From Eledone cirrhosa (lineage: Eukaryota): DNA of 64,000 bases. The stretch is from positions 2,356,001 to 2,420,000 of the forward strand of contig OZ024743.1 of assembly GCA_964016885.1 (NCBI GenBank), given 5' to 3'. Shown piece after piece: positions 39,925 to 63,047 of the stretch. Position 1 is the first letter of the stretch, and every line of letters begins with the position of its first letter. The translations under genes were made by a program, and so were the position numbers. The notes beneath the pieces are model-generated. The model saw only the letters and a program-made list of their open reading frames with translations. It ran no database searches and was not told the origin of the DNA.

Positions 39925-40109
39925 CTGCGCGTGCGTTTGTGTGTGTGTGTGTGTTCTCCCCGATCTCTGCACCGCAGACTTTCAATATATAGATGATTTC
40001 CTTCAAATGAAATAGTTCTAGTCCTGTAGAAGACATTTCTATATTAAATTTGTTATTTACACTCTACAAATGTATTGAGTGCCTTACTGTAGTTACCCCC
40101 GATTGAACC

Positions 40110-40560
40110 CAACATAGACACACACAAAAACCAACCAAACTAATAAAAAAAATCAGACACACACAGAGAGAGCAAACAACCAACTAGTGACAAGTAAAGA
40201 AACACACTAATAATAAAACACACACACACACATACGCGCGCGCACGTATGTAACGCATGCGCAAACTAAGCACACAACACACGTGTAGGAAAGAGCAAAG
40301 GAGAGAGACACAAAATAAAAACCTAGTCACTGATGAGGTCACAGAATGTGTGACGGAAGAGCTTTGACAATATATAAACAACCTTCCAGTTATCGAACCA
40401 ACCAACCAGCCAGCCAACTGAAAATTTATAATAAAGTGAAGTACAAACTAACAGGTGCGCGTGTTTTTATTGGCAACATGACCCTCCCAAAGTATAACAA
40501 TATCTGTTTCAACACACGTTTTCAGATAAGAAATCTCGCAAAACAAATTCAAAAACGAAT
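40110..40560 (+). mobile_element. Solo pLTR of the 35.7-37.6 kb PLE family, hammerhead at 40326-40368 with GAAA>GGAA
   Basis: Matches 37180-37626 including gtcactgatgaggtcacagaatgtgtgac and ttggcaacatgaccctcccaaagtataacaatatc. Confidence 0.8.
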
Positions 40561-41746
40561 TTACACACACACACACATATATATATATATATTTGGTCCG
40601 TTGTGCCTCTTCCCCAGCATGTAATGTCCCTTTTGAGTCATTGAGTTTAAAACACCTTCCTTACATGCATCCAATCATAATATTAAAGATCATTTACAAA
40701 AGACTAAGTAAATCCTTACCTGAGTCGATTTTCAAACTTGGTCCCAAAATGCGGTATGACGTCTTCAATATCACATTAACGTATTTAGAGAAAAGTTTTT
40801 AAGAGTTGTCTTCAGTGGTTGGTGTTTGAGTGTGGTATTTGAGTCTTCTGGGTCCATTGTATTTATACTGTTAAATTACTACAGTTACCTAACTGGCTGT
40901 CTGACTGGCTGGCTGGCTGGCCTCTTTCATAAGTCTCTTATAAATTGAAGTCTTATTAATTGAGCTCTGTCTGTCTGTATGTATGTATGTATGTATGTAT
41001 GTATGTATGTATGTATGTATGCGTGTGTGCATGTATGTGTGTGTATGTATGCATGTATGCGAATGTGTATGTGTGTGCCTATGTGTGTATGTGTGTATGT
41101 GTCTCTTTATGTATGTGTCTCTTTATGTATGTATGTGCGTATGTGTGTATGTATGTATGTATGTATGTATGTATGTATGTATGTATGTATGTATGTATGT
41201 ATGTATGTATAAGTATGTATGTATGTATTATATACAGCTCTTATCGCAACGTAAAAACAACTACAAATTAGCAAATTACAACAAGTTTATTCGAGCATAT
41301 GTAAATGAGTAGTGGGGAATACTTATAGAGCTATGAATATGTAAATGAAGCCAAGCCCTTTACTTTCAATTTGAAAATACATATTACAGAAATGTTGAGG
41401 AGAAATGGTACAAGTAGATAGATAGATAGACAGATACATACATACATGATGACTCTGCTAAGAGTATTGCAATCGCTTGCAACAGATCCTGAACAAGCAA
41501 TGCCTATTGCTTTGAAGGTTTTTTTAAGTGGGGAAAGGCTTTGCACTCGACCAATCCCACTCTCTGAGCATCGAAAACACTACCCGAAAAGGAGAACTTG
41601 TCAACATCATCGGATGCTTCCGTAGCGGTAGGGGTTGTTGTTTTTTTCAGAGACCCCTCTCTTAGAAAAGCGTTGTGACAACAACTGGGGGCCTTTAACT
41701 CCCAAGTGAAAAGAAAAGAAAACAACAACATATATACATACATACA

Positions 41747-41824
<78 letters not shown>

Positions 41825-42379
41825 ACTAGAATATATTTTTTGTAGGACATGACGCATAACATTTCTACTTTAGGTACAATACCAGCCATATGGGAATGTC
41901 GGTTATATCTACCCTAGTACTTCACTGGTACTTTATTTTATCTACCCCGGAACGATGAAATGCAAAATTGATCGACGGGATTTGAACTCAGAATGTAAAG
42001 GGCCGTAACTAAATGTCACAAAGCATTTTCCCTACGTACTAAAGATTCTGCCAACCCACCACTGTTGTGACGCATATATTGAAAATATGTCACGTTTAAT
42101 ATTTCCAAAATGAAAATATTAATTTTTTTTTAATCATTTAACCGAGTTTAATAAACGCCTCAGATATTGTTGGACCGCCTTCGGTTTCGACGATAAGTAT
42201 TCCAGTTGTTTGATAAACGGAATAGACTGTTCATGAAATTAACGTGCAAATGACTTAGCAATCCACAATCACGTGTACCCTTAATGCAATTCTCAGAGAG
42301 ATTTGGTGTGATAGTGTATAACAAAGCTGGCCTTTGAATTACAAGTACAACTCATTTTAGCCAGCTAAGGGCACTGAAT

Positions 42380-42870
42380 CCCAGCTTAACCCTAAAGTTC
42401 TCCCATCTCTTAAATTTGGCTGCCTTCCCAGACCCTGCTACGACCTTCTCACCTCCCTGAATTATGGGGTCCTCCTTTCACCCAGCACCAAACACAGGGC
42501 CTCCAAGAGAAATTTTGCAAGGTAGTACAAGACTCCTTTGTGGCCCGAAGCAGGCAAACATTTTTTCTCAAAATGGATGTTGCATGGTTGCTGTGGGGAC
42601 TTCTTAGCTCTTGGGCCCGAAACAAAGTACGGCTAGACCCCCACCCCTCTCGTAGGCCCTGATCAAACAGAACCGCTTTCACCTGCAGCATTTAACAGCT
42701 GAAGCAGAAACTGCCGAGCTAAGCAGTATCCGTTGCGTTTCAATGTCTTCGGATTGCTCAGTTCTCAGTTCTCTGAATTTGGATGCAATAGTATCAGCAT
42801 ACCTGGTCCAAACCTCCTAATCAACCAGCGCTTCCCACTGTAGCCCGAGCTGAAAATGCCAGTTTTGTGA
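42380..42870 (-). mobile_element. Decayed LINE fragment (RTE-type linker region)
   Basis: GC-richer; minus strand gives P.WW-like and AAK..RWE.F..KL-like remnants. Confidence 0.4.
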
Positions 42871-42888
42871 GTTGTCTTGGTTTTAGAT

Positions 42889-43241
42889 CAGCGGTCGCCA
42901 ATCAGTGGTCCGCGGACCACTGGTAGTTTGAGAGAAAACTTTGGTGGTCCGCAGAAAAATTTGGACATTATTTGTAATTTTTGTGTTTTATTAATAATTA
43001 AACAAAAATAATATTCGGTTAAAATATATTTTATAACACCCCTAAAAAATGTTTCTCCTCAGTAAAGAATTAAACATCCATGAAAGAATTTTACACATAT
43101 GTATCATCTATCCACAATATGACACACATACGCTTCAGTATTGTTTAATAAAATGAAAGTTCTCTGATCATATTAGTGGTTCGCGGGTTTTAAAATTATA
43201 AATGTAGTGGTCCGTGAGGTCCGAAAGATTGGTGACCACTG
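42889..43241. mobile_element. hAT-type MITE
   Basis: TIRs cagcggtcgccaatc / gattggtgaccactg; gtggtccg subterminal motifs; imperfect 8-bp TSD ttttagat/attttgat. Confidence 0.75.
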
Positions 43242-44058
43242 ATTTTGATAGTCTCGGGTTGCGGATAACAAAATGGTTAGTTGATATTTTAGTATCTCTC
43301 TTACCACGAACATCCAGCACAAAATCGAAAAGATCGAAGACAATAAAAAAAAACAATTACTGATCTCTGTCCCAGATTACCCTTATATTACGTATACCTA
43401 TGAATATCTTTGTGTTGGGAAAAGGTGTTCTTAATAAAGAGCCCGTTGCTAGAACAGACGTTTAATAAGGCATTTAGATCAGGAACGCCGTTCCTTCCAA
43501 TCACTCTTTTCCATGTCAAGTGCACAGTTCCAATAAATGCACTGAAGTCTCCCATTAGGACCCAGGTAGAGGCACTAGTTATCCGCTTCGAGAAATGAGG
43601 TTAGAATGTCTAAGGAAAGAATCGGTGGACATATTTTACTAGAACCAAACGGCGGGAAGGTGTATCTGAAGACTCTGTCCTCACGGCCCTCTCCGGTATA
43701 AGTGGACGAAGAAGAAGAAGAAGCCGCCGCCGCCGCCGGCAGTTGAATGGACTGGAGTAACATGCAAATAAAGTGTCTTACTCATAGATACGATACGGCT
43801 GGGAATCGATATCACGAGATAACCACTAAGCCGCACGATTTCACAATGCGTCCCAATTAAAGTTTAAAAAAAAAAAAACCGCTTACATTTACATTGATAT
43901 ATTTAACTGTGATTTTGAAAACTATTACGTGCTACGTGCTATCGTTCAGGTAAGAAAAGGAATCCGTTTATTATCAGCTAAACTAAGTATATCGTACGTA
44001 ATAAAAAAAATCTCTAGTAACTGTGAATCAGCGACGAAGAAATACACACTAGAGCATT

Positions 44059-44193
<135 letters not shown>

Positions 44194-44686
44194 ATACACA
44201 CACACAGAGACACACACACATATATATATATACAGGTAAAGTTCCGTTATAACAAATACCATTATAACGAAATCTTTTTCAATCACCGGCCACACGCTCG
44301 ATGTGTTAGATTGATCTCGTGATTGATTTACAGAGGGGGATTGGGAGAGATAAGTGTAGATATTAATAGAGAGTGAGAGTGTATTAGTCTTAGATATAGA
44401 GAGTGGGATAAGAGAGGCGGTGTCATGGTACATTTAGAGAGGGGTAGAGTTTGGTTTTAGTAGATACAGAGAGGGGGATTAAAAGAGTTTTGTGTGATAG
44501 ACATAGAGAGAAGAGGTTAGTGGCACTCTCGGGTCCCAGATAATAGGAGGGGTGGAAATAATGGGGAGGGGGGCTTGGGAAATCAGTAATTGTATAGTGG
44601 ACGTTCGTAAATATGGGATTTCTTGTAGTGTTCTTCTTTTGTCATATATAATGTTTTATTTTTATGAAAAATAATATTATTATTAG

Positions 44687-44870
44687 GGATTGGCAGTATC
44701 GGTAGGGGGTCGGACGCCATGCTTTCCAGCATAGTTACGTCCTTTAACGATCTGAGTTCAAATCCCGCCGAGGTTGACTTTGCCATTCATCCTTACGGGG
44801 TCGATAAAATAAAGTACCAGTAATGCACTGGGAAATTGCTGGCCTTGTGCCTAAAGTAGAAACAATTATT
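44687..44870 (+). mobile_element. tRNA-derived SINE, family A (further copies at about 41860-42060 -, 47515-47702 +, 49541-49750 +)
   Basis: Same head, body and tail as 624-825. Confidence 0.8.
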
Positions 44871-45097
44871 AGATTCTCCAGCTACTGTATCAATATGAAT
44901 TACTTACAATAAAATTCCGCCGGAGATAGATTAGCAAAATTTAATAAGCGGCGGGGTTGGAATAAAAACCGGGAGGGAGGGGGGCCTGACAAATTCATAA
45001 GCTGGGTGTGGGGACGATTATTCAAGACCTGGGAGTACGTGAATTATTAACGGACGTAAGAATGAAAACTCAATACCGATGTAGAGTTTAAATATTC

Positions 45098-45218
45098 ATT
45101 TATTATAGCTAAGCTTTGTTACTCTGGAGTCTCACCTGAGTACTCACCAGACAGCTGATCCTGTGAGTGCGCAGGTGAAACTTTAGAGTAACAAAGCTCA
45201 CCAATAGCCATGATAAAT
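45098..45218. mobile_element. Fold-back with 3' half of a hammerhead
   Basis: Imperfect palindrome; right arm gtgagtgcgcaggt-GAAA-ctttaga-GTA-acaaagc; followed by (TA)n(GA)n. Confidence 0.55.
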
Positions 45219-45220
45219 TA

Positions 45221-45296
<76 letters not shown>

Positions 45297-45404
45297 ATAA
45301 ATTGAGTATAATTCCAGTTTCTTACCAAATGCGACGAAGCTGGATATACTAACCCCTTAGTAAAGGGCACACAACATAATTTTTTTTATTATACTGTTTA
45401 TATA

Positions 45405-45744
45405 CAGTGCGCCTCCGGAATTCGCGCCTCTGGCATTGGCGGTCCCGGTTATTCGCGGGATTTTCCTTAGAACCTAACTATTAATTGTTCGTGGAAACCA
45501 CCGCATATTCGCGGAATCCTAAATATCTTCCGCGATTGTTTAATGGCTTTTTTCGTAGCAATATATATTTTTGGACGCTTTTTAACGCTAAATTATTAAT
45601 AACAATAAACCGTATTTGCCAGCCTATATTTTACGTTATGTTTTGACGTTTATAGGCATTTGTATGGATCACGTCAATATTCGCGATTTTTCACTCTTCG
45701 TGGGTGCTTTAGGAACGTAACCCCGCCAATACCGGGGACAACTG
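45405..45744. mobile_element. Tc1/pogo (Tigger-like) MITE with TA target site
   Basis: ta|cagtgcgcctccggaattcgcg ... cgccaataccggggacaactg|ta; internal attcgcg repeats. Confidence 0.7.
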
Positions 45745-45773
45745 TATATATACATATATATATACATATATAT

Positions 45774-46579
45774 ATGGCATACGTCAAGACGGGCGGTCAG
45801 GAAAGTGAAAGTAATTTTTGACAACACTGTGAATTTGTTTTTTGTTTTTTTTTACAACAGGTCTCAATAATGAAAGTTACGATACACACGCAATTGTATG
45901 GATTTCTTAATATATATATATGTGTGGGTGTGTATATGTGTGTATATATATGGGTGTCTGTATGTATATATATATGTGTGTTTGTATATATATATATGTG
46001 TTTGTGTCATCATCATCGTTTAACGTCTATCTTCCACGCAAGCATGGGTTTAGACGTATATATATGTTTGTGTATATATGTGTGTTTGTACATCTCGCCA
46101 AACTTGTTTGCACCAAATCTCTGTCTCCAAAGAAATTAAGGTCGGGTCACCAACAAGTTTGGCGAATGATCAACTGTATTTCAGCTATTTATACGGTGTA
46201 ATAAGGATTTTCATAAGGTACGTCAATTTATATTTTATATGCAACAAATGTCTAACTATGTAGTTATTTATGTCATTATTTAAAAACACACAATGTCATT
46301 ATTTAAAAAAAAAATTTCCGTACACACAATACACACAAAAAAGAAAAAAAAAAAAAATCGCACACGCAATACTAATTAACACCATATCACTATAGAGACC
46401 TGTTGTAAATAAACAAACAAATACACACCCACACATATATATATATTAAGAAATCCATACAATTGCGTGTGTATCGTAACTTTCACTATTGAGACCTGTT
46501 GTAAAAAAAATTCAAAAAAAAATTCACAGTGTCAAAAATTACTTTCACTTTCCAGACCGCCCGTCTTGACGTATGCCAT
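45774..46579. mobile_element. Long-TIR (~160 bp) fold-back MITE
   Basis: atggcatacgtcaagacgggcggtc... inverted as ...gaccgcccgtcttgacgtatgccat. Confidence 0.75.
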
Positions 46580-49500
46580 GTAGGCATGTATGTATGTATA
46601 TTATTTAAAGGCTTGCTTTGTTGTTGTTTAGCCCAAGATTTGCTGTGATCCAGCACAAAACATTTCTCTGTAACAACACACCTGTGAATTAGTAATAGTA
46701 ACATGTTGGTGAGTGTGTCTTCTAACCAATCAGCTGGATAACCTTTCTGATTTCTTAACCCTTTCCTTACCATCTTACTAATAAAAGACACTGCCTGTGG
46801 GTGGTTTCAATTTATTTTCAAAATAATCAGGAATTTGAGGTGTTTAAAAATATAAATACCGTATTCTTCCATCTATACCGCACAGTTTTTTTGTTGTCTT
46901 TTTTGTTTGTTTTCGGAATGCTAAATGTTTCTAGATTTCTTTTTTTTCAGACCTGTTTCCGAGGAAAAAGCCAGCAGAAGACAGGAAACTGTATCAGGAA
47001 TCAACCAACTTTAAGTATCATTTGACTTTGATCGTACCTTTTCTCATACGATATTATGTAATAAAATGTTTGAATAACGTCTTACTGATATCCTATCTGT
47101 TGTTTCATCTATTTCTGAAATTTCCGTGTATTCCACAGTTTGTACAAAACCATGTGTGTTTATTCTGTTTTTATGTCCTTGATTGATAAGTATCACTTGT
47201 TACACACCAAAATTAGGCTTTTCCAGACACCTTTCTGGTCAAAAGGGGATGCACATTATACCCGAATGCGCGCAATACACAAGAAATCGGTATTTTTCTC
47301 ATTATTAAGCTGACGTTTGGAACATAACTTAACAAAGGTTCTTACATAAAATTATTATAGAAGGGATTTAGGTAAATATAAACACCTTGACACTTTCCTT
47401 ACCACACTACTAATGAAAGACACTGCCTATGGGTTTCAATTCGTTTTGAAAATACCCCCAAATTTGGGATGATTTAGTAATATAATTAACTTTTTCATTA
47501 TTAAGCTAGTATAGGTCGGTGGATTGGCAGTATTAGTACAGCGTCAGACAACATGCTTTGCGGCATATAATTACAGCCCTTTACGTTCTGAGTTCAAATC
47601 CCGCAGACAATAAAATAAAGTACCAGTAACACGTGGGGTAAATTTAATCGACTTTCCTCTTCTCTTTAAATTGCTGGCCTTGTGCCAAAAGTAGAAACAA
47701 TTAAGAACACAGCAAAGCTTCTTACATAGAATTATGATGGAAGACTTTTAGACAAATATAAGCACTTTAAAATAAACAGTTTTGTATCAAAGATCCAGAG
47801 CTGGTTTCATATGGTTTGGTATGAAAACAGGTTAATGTGGTCTGGAATATGTGTATATATATATATATTGTATCAGTACTATCAGGATATATGTATATCA
47901 CCTTCATAGATAGCTGGGCAGTGTCCTATTTTAGTTTTAAAGGAGGCGTCCACTGATCTGGTGTGAAGTATTTTCTTCGCTGAAGAGGAAACCGTGTCTT
48001 TGGGATCGTTTCAGATTGAATATAGCTCTGATAGACTATCAGACAATGAGATTTTAAGCGCTTTATTTGGAAGTTACACAGGAAACATTGTTTTCTTGAT
48101 ATGTGTAGCAGTTATAATGGTTTTGTCGTTATGAGTGGAGAAAGGATGATTTACAAGATTTGTTTTTGTCCATATGAGTAGTGATTGTGTCTTTGTTTTG
48201 ATGAAAGAGACTATGTTCATATGTAACAAATTGATCATGTTTTCTATGTTTCTAGTTATGAAGCACGTAAAGTATGTTTGGCCTGAAATAATTGACTGTG
48301 TACATATAAGGCTTATGTACTGATTGTGACGGAGGAATGAGAGTGGTTATAGTTGTGGTTAGAAGTAACAGTAAGCTAATCATAATGTACAGAATGAATG
48401 ATAAGAAAGGTGTGAACATATTTCGTGACACACCAGAGATAAGAGAATTTGAATCGGGAAACATTTCTTGCTAATGCATGATATAAAGAGTGCTGTCGGA
48501 CAGGATATTTCTGGGTTTGGATGACAATCTGCCGCTAGTGTAGAATGTAAATAGAGCCATCGGACAGGAACTTTCTGGGTTGGGAGAACCTTTTGCCATT
48601 ATTGTATTTTTGATTCAAAATATAAGAGATGGACAGTGTCCGTAGGTATTCAGCTCAGCTTAAAGCTTCTCATGTCAGAGACTTTTGAATGTATTTGTGA
48701 TTTCAATGACAACAACTATCCTGGGAGGTACAAGCCTTTCTCCAGCAGTACACAGCATGGCACTCACAGCTTGTATGTAAACAAGAAACAGTGAAATGTT
48801 ACCAAACTCAGGCTTGATCCTCTATATTGGAGACTGCGTTTAGGGTTAGCAGACCTGCCACTTAAAACATGATTTGCTATGAAAACACCAACAGAAAACA
48901 AAAGAAACCTGCTTATCTTAAGAGCCATGCTCTTCGTCTGAGAGTGGAAATATTTGTGAGCCAGGCTCAGCTGGCTGCGACGGATTGAACCTGAAATGAG
49001 TCCCTATTCACGGTTACAAACCCAACCCCTTATTGACTTCGAAACGGTAGATTGGTTTTTGGTCTGTTTTGAGAAGGGAGGAGTGATGGCACTCGAGGCT
49101 AGAATCCTTACCCCCATTATTCAAAATTGCTACAGAAATGGAAAGCAGGTACCTGCTCTGGGAGCATGTCTATGACAAGGCTTGCAACTGTATGGAATAG
49201 AGATCTCTTGTCGCCCAATGCTCCATGGAGAGCAAAAGGAAAATGAACTCCGTTTGAGAGTGAAGGAAGAGAAAAATGTAGTGCTGTCTCTTTTTGCTTA
49301 ATTTTTCACTCAGGTCCAGAGCAGGGGAAGTGGCCCGAATGTTAGACACTATTCTCTTCACAACAAAGAAACTTTGCTTATCTTAAACATCCCTATTCAC
49401 TAATAATTACCGGCACAAACCAACGCCACTGTCCTTGGATGCCGAGTTTTTTTTCTCTAAGAACATCGCATATTAATAAAATTAGAATATATTAATGAAA

Positions 49501-50969
49501 CTAAGAATTTATTTGATCAGCGATATATTGTCGAAATAAAAGGCGGTGGATTAGTAGAATTGGCAGATTTGGCAAAACGTCCGATAAAATATCATTCTGA
49601 GTTCAAATCCCTCCGAGGTCAACTTTGCCTTACATCCATCCAGGGTCGATAAAGTAACGTACCAGTCAGGCACTGGGGGAGGGGGTATAATCGACTCTCT
49701 AACCCCCACCCAAAATTGGTGGCCTTTTATCTAAATTAGAAATCAATATATTGACAAAATGAATTCTGATACAGTTTCAGTTGTTTTTATACAAAGATAG
49801 AGAGAGAATCAGGAGCTAGAAAGTATTTTTATTTCGATAAATTATCTGGCTTCTTGAATAAACAAGCAGAAAATAGCTGAACTGAGTAAAAGCAATATTT
49901 TTATCTTTACATACCAAAGAAACCATTGAACGTTATCACATTGATTAAACTTACAGCAATATGTTAATCTATGTATAGAGCAGAGCTAAGATTACAGACA
50001 TCTGATAATAATAAACAATTTATACATACATACATACATACATACATACATACATACATACATACATACATACATACATACATACATACATACATACATA
50101 CATACATACATGTATATATATATATATATATGTATATAATTGGAGGCTTAATTAAAATCGAATCCTTGGCGGTGTGCAAGCAAATTCGACCTACTATATG
50201 AATGAGTTAGCAAAGCACTCGACAAGGTAGGTCCTCAGAGTAATAACATACGTTTAAATAGCTTGACAATTTGAACATATATATATATATATATATATGG
50301 GAAATAATATATACAAAACCACATATAGGATACGCACATGCATACACACATACATAAACACATACACACACACATACACACATATATATATATAGATAAT
50401 TCCATTGATTGATTAATTATTTATGTTTGTTTAATATCTCTGGTTGAGAGGTTCTCATTCGGTATGTTGAACAAAATCAATTCCTTTGTTCACACTTTGA
50501 ATTTGCCCGCCAAAATCCCAGATGTTCTTTCCTCTGCTGGAGAATGAACACGTGACAGCGACGCAGTGTCTGATACTACTAGTAGTAATTTACTGCTGCA
50601 CTTCACACCGGTCTTAGGCACAGAACGGAAACCTGTTGATAACGTGAGTCCGCGTTTCGATCTACAAATACCAAAAACTTGCATATTGTGCAAGTCAGAT
50701 TGTTGATTTGGAATTCATAGAAACCAATCGAGGATATTGTATAATACCCTTCGAGACGGTCCAGGTTTGTTATTTAACCTGACTGTATTTTCGTTGTTGT
50801 GGTGGCTTCTGTGGTTTTGTCCCCTTAACCACAGTTTTCAGTTTGTCACGCTATCTAACGTATGCTTATTACTCTAAGGTGTAACCTATCGATTTATCGA
50901 TACATTCTTATTGCGTGCTTCGTGCAAACTCCGAATTTGTTCTTTTGCGGATGTTGGCCGACCGCCACA

Positions 50970-51302
50970 GGGGGAGAGTTTGGTGTTAATTGATATAGAA
51001 AGGGAGATAGGAAGTGAATACCGTGTAGTAAATATAGAGAGGGGGAGAGTTTGGTATTAATTGATATAGAGAGGGGATTGGAAGAGAGTTCCGTGTAGAA
51101 GATATAGAGAAGAGGAGAGTTTGATGTTTATTGATATAAAGAGGGGGATTGGAAGAGAGTTTCGTGTAGTATATATAGAGGGGGAGAGTTTGGTGTTAAT
51201 TGATATAGAGAGGGGGATTGGAAGAGAGTTCCGTGTAGTAGATATAGAGAGGGGCAGAGTTTGGTGTTACTTGATATAGAGAGGGGGATTGGAAGAGAGT
51301 TG
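50970..51302. repeat. ~70-bp minisatellite x~5
   Basis: Unit ggggagagtttggtgttaattgatatagagagggggattggaagagagttccgtgtagta.atatagaga; similar decayed motifs at about 44330-44520. Confidence 0.9.
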
Positions 51303-51728
51303 AAAGTAACAAAACTAACTCGGTTAGTTCCATTTATCTGTGACTTCCCGTGAAACAATAATTTCTCACCATCTCTTGTTTATGGCTTATTTGATAGTTC
51401 GTTTGATAGTTGATAGCTATGTGGTTGGTTAAATAATATCTTGGCAAAGTGTGGATTTGATAAGTATGTCACATTGTTGATCATGCAAAAAAAAATACAC
51501 CAATCATTCACTATCGAGAATGACTTGATAGTATGTAGGATGCTTTCGCTAAGGGTTTTAGGAGATCATGCAGTCACGGTGGGATTTGAACTCAGAAGCC
51601 CCGAGAAAATATCCAACGCTCTAACGACTCTGCCAAATCGACCACCTAGTTTGCTGATAGGTGGGAAATTTTGATATGTTGAACAATAACATTTATTTAA
51701 AGTACTTTGTTTCATATTCTACAGAATA

Positions 51729-51928
51729 NNNNNNNNNNNNNNNNNNNNNNNNNNNNNNNNNNNNNNNNNNNNNNNNNNNNNNNNNNNNNNNNNNNNNNNN
51801 NNNNNNNNNNNNNNNNNNNNNNNNNNNNNNNNNNNNNNNNNNNNNNNNNNNNNNNNNNNNNNNNNNNNNNNNNNNNNNNNNNNNNNNNNNNNNNNNNNNN
51901 NNNNNNNNNNNNNNNNNNNNNNNNNNNN
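51729..51928. other. Assembly gap (200 N)
   Basis: Run of N. Confidence 1.
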
Positions 51929-52014
51929 GACCTCTTCTATCCTACTTAGGCTATCCTCAAATTTACCCACATGACTGGGGCATCGGGCGCCGATATGTGA
52001 CACATATTACCGTC

Positions 52015-61045
<9,031 letters not shown>

Positions 61046-61725
61046 TATATATATATATATATATATATGGCAGAACCAAGCTATTAAACAGAAGGGCCGA
61101 CTTATTCGGCGCCTGCAGACACCTAAGGACAGGAACTTTCCTCAAGTTATATGGATAAACTCCGGTTATGGCCTCCCACAACGCTCATTTTATGTCTGCC
61201 TTATACTTGGATTCGGGGGCCTCTTTTGTATATATGTATGCACTTGTGCGTGCATACATATATATACACACCTGTATGGATGTGTGTGTGTGTGTGTCTG
61301 TGGGGGTAGGTGTGAGTGTATGTACAAGTCAACCAACATAAGTCTTTTTATTTGTAAACTTTCTAAATATTTGACTCTAACCATAATTTTCAGTATTACC
61401 ACCCCACATAAATTCCTCAATTTGTATGTGTGGATGTGTGTGTGTGGGGGGGGGGGGGGTATGTGCAAGTCAACCAACATAAGTCTTTTTATATGTAAAT
61501 TTTCTAGTATTCTACTCTAACCATAATTTTCAATAGTACTACCCCACATAAATTCCTTAATTTAAGAATGACCTGTAGTACCGAATTTCATACTATAAAC
61601 CCCAATTGAATATATATATGTCTCAATCTTAAGATATATAAATATTGAGTTTTGTCATATCTTACTCACTACGATGACTGGATCTTAACCATCTACTATG
61701 TCAGGGTATGTCATGCATCATCTTG

Positions 61726-61788
61726 TTTTATCTGATGAGGACGTACTGTTGAAGTTAGTTCAGTACCTCTGAAATATGTATAATAAAA
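61726..61788 (+). ncRNA. Type I hammerhead near the 3' end of a PLE-type fragment
   Basis: ttttat-CTGATGA-gga.gtactg(12 nt)cagtac.tct-GAAA-tatgta-TA-ataaaa; (TA)n ~50 nt downstream. Confidence 0.7.
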
Positions 61789-61839
61789 TATACTTGATCA
61801 CAAGAAGTTTCTATTATTTTTGTTAATATTTTGAATTAA

Positions 61840-61990
<151 letters not shown>

Positions 61991-62083
61991 TATATATACA
62001 CGCGCGTATGTATATATATATATATATATGTTTTTGAAATGCGCATAATAAAATACATGGAACTCTTTTAACCATCTTTTGAT

Positions 62084-62135
<52 letters not shown>

Positions 62136-62139
<4 letters not shown>

Positions 62140-62200
62140 AAAAGAGTCAAGACACCGACGGCTGAGCTCCGGCCGATTCGACAGCTAGATCTGAACCAAT
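62136..62200 (-). mobile_element. Half-hammerhead fragment related to the 19495-19620 family
   Basis: Minus strand tagctgtc-GAAT-cggc(9 nt)gccg-TC-ggtgtc...ttttcct between (TA)n tracts. Confidence 0.55.
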
Positions 62201-62275
62201 ATATATATATATATATATATACATGCATATGCACGTGCATACACACACATATATAAATTAATACCATCAATATAT

Positions 62276-62959
62276 ATAAAAGGGTATGGATATTTCAACA
62301 GGCACTAGGTACCTATAGAAATATGCAAGGTCTTCATAATAGTTGTGGTTCGATGGTATTAATTTGAGATACCAGAACTATAAAAATGAGCGGAGCAAGC
62401 AATTATCAAACAATTATAGAACAGGTGATTATTTAAATTGATTTTTTAAATTATTTAAAGAATTGTTTGATAATTGCTTGCTCCGGTCATTTTTATTGTT
62501 CTGGTATCTCAAATTAGTACCATTGAACCACAACTATTATAAACACCTTGCATATTTCTATAGGTACCTAGTGCCTGTTGAAATATCCATACCCTTTTAT
62601 GATTTTTCTCCTTATGTAGAGAACAAAAACGTTGTATCGTGCTGCTGGTTTTAGTGGCATGATCAACAAGTTTATAATAAAACAGCTCTTACTTGCGGCC
62701 TGATTTTGCGTATGTGTCATTTTAACGGCCTGACCGCATGTGTTAGGCAGGAAGCGAAATATTGACTTACTGTGAGATTAGCAACCTTATAGTATGGAAA
62801 TAAGCTGTCTGAAGATCTAATTCTTTCCATTGGAAATTCTCTGGATTTCCAATCTTTGGATTGGTGAAACCGTCGGTAACAGCAATAGAACAGGTGATTA
62901 TTTAAATTGTTTTTTAATTTATTTAAAGCATTGTTTGATAATTGCTTGCTCCGCTCATT

Positions 62960-62960
<1 letters not shown>
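62276..62960 (+). mobile_element. Retrozyme-like element: 469-nt unit, ~75-nt terminal direct repeat, 140-bp 5' inversion
   Basis: Direct repeat 62416-62491 / 62885-62960; inverted arms 62276-62415 / 62461-62600; HHR just before the 3' repeat. Confidence 0.7.
62804..62883 (+). ncRNA. Type I hammerhead with long stem II
   Basis: gctgt-CTGAAGA-t-ctaatt...attggaaat(7 nt)atttccaat...gattgg-t-GAAA-cc(gtc)gg-TA-acagc. Confidence 0.8.

Positions 62961-63042
<82 letters not shown>

Positions 63043-63047
<5 letters not shown>

Noticed and set aside
47900-49100. Possible decayed LINE endonuclease or 5' region
   Set aside because: I could not recover diagnostic motifs by eye, so it is left uncalled.
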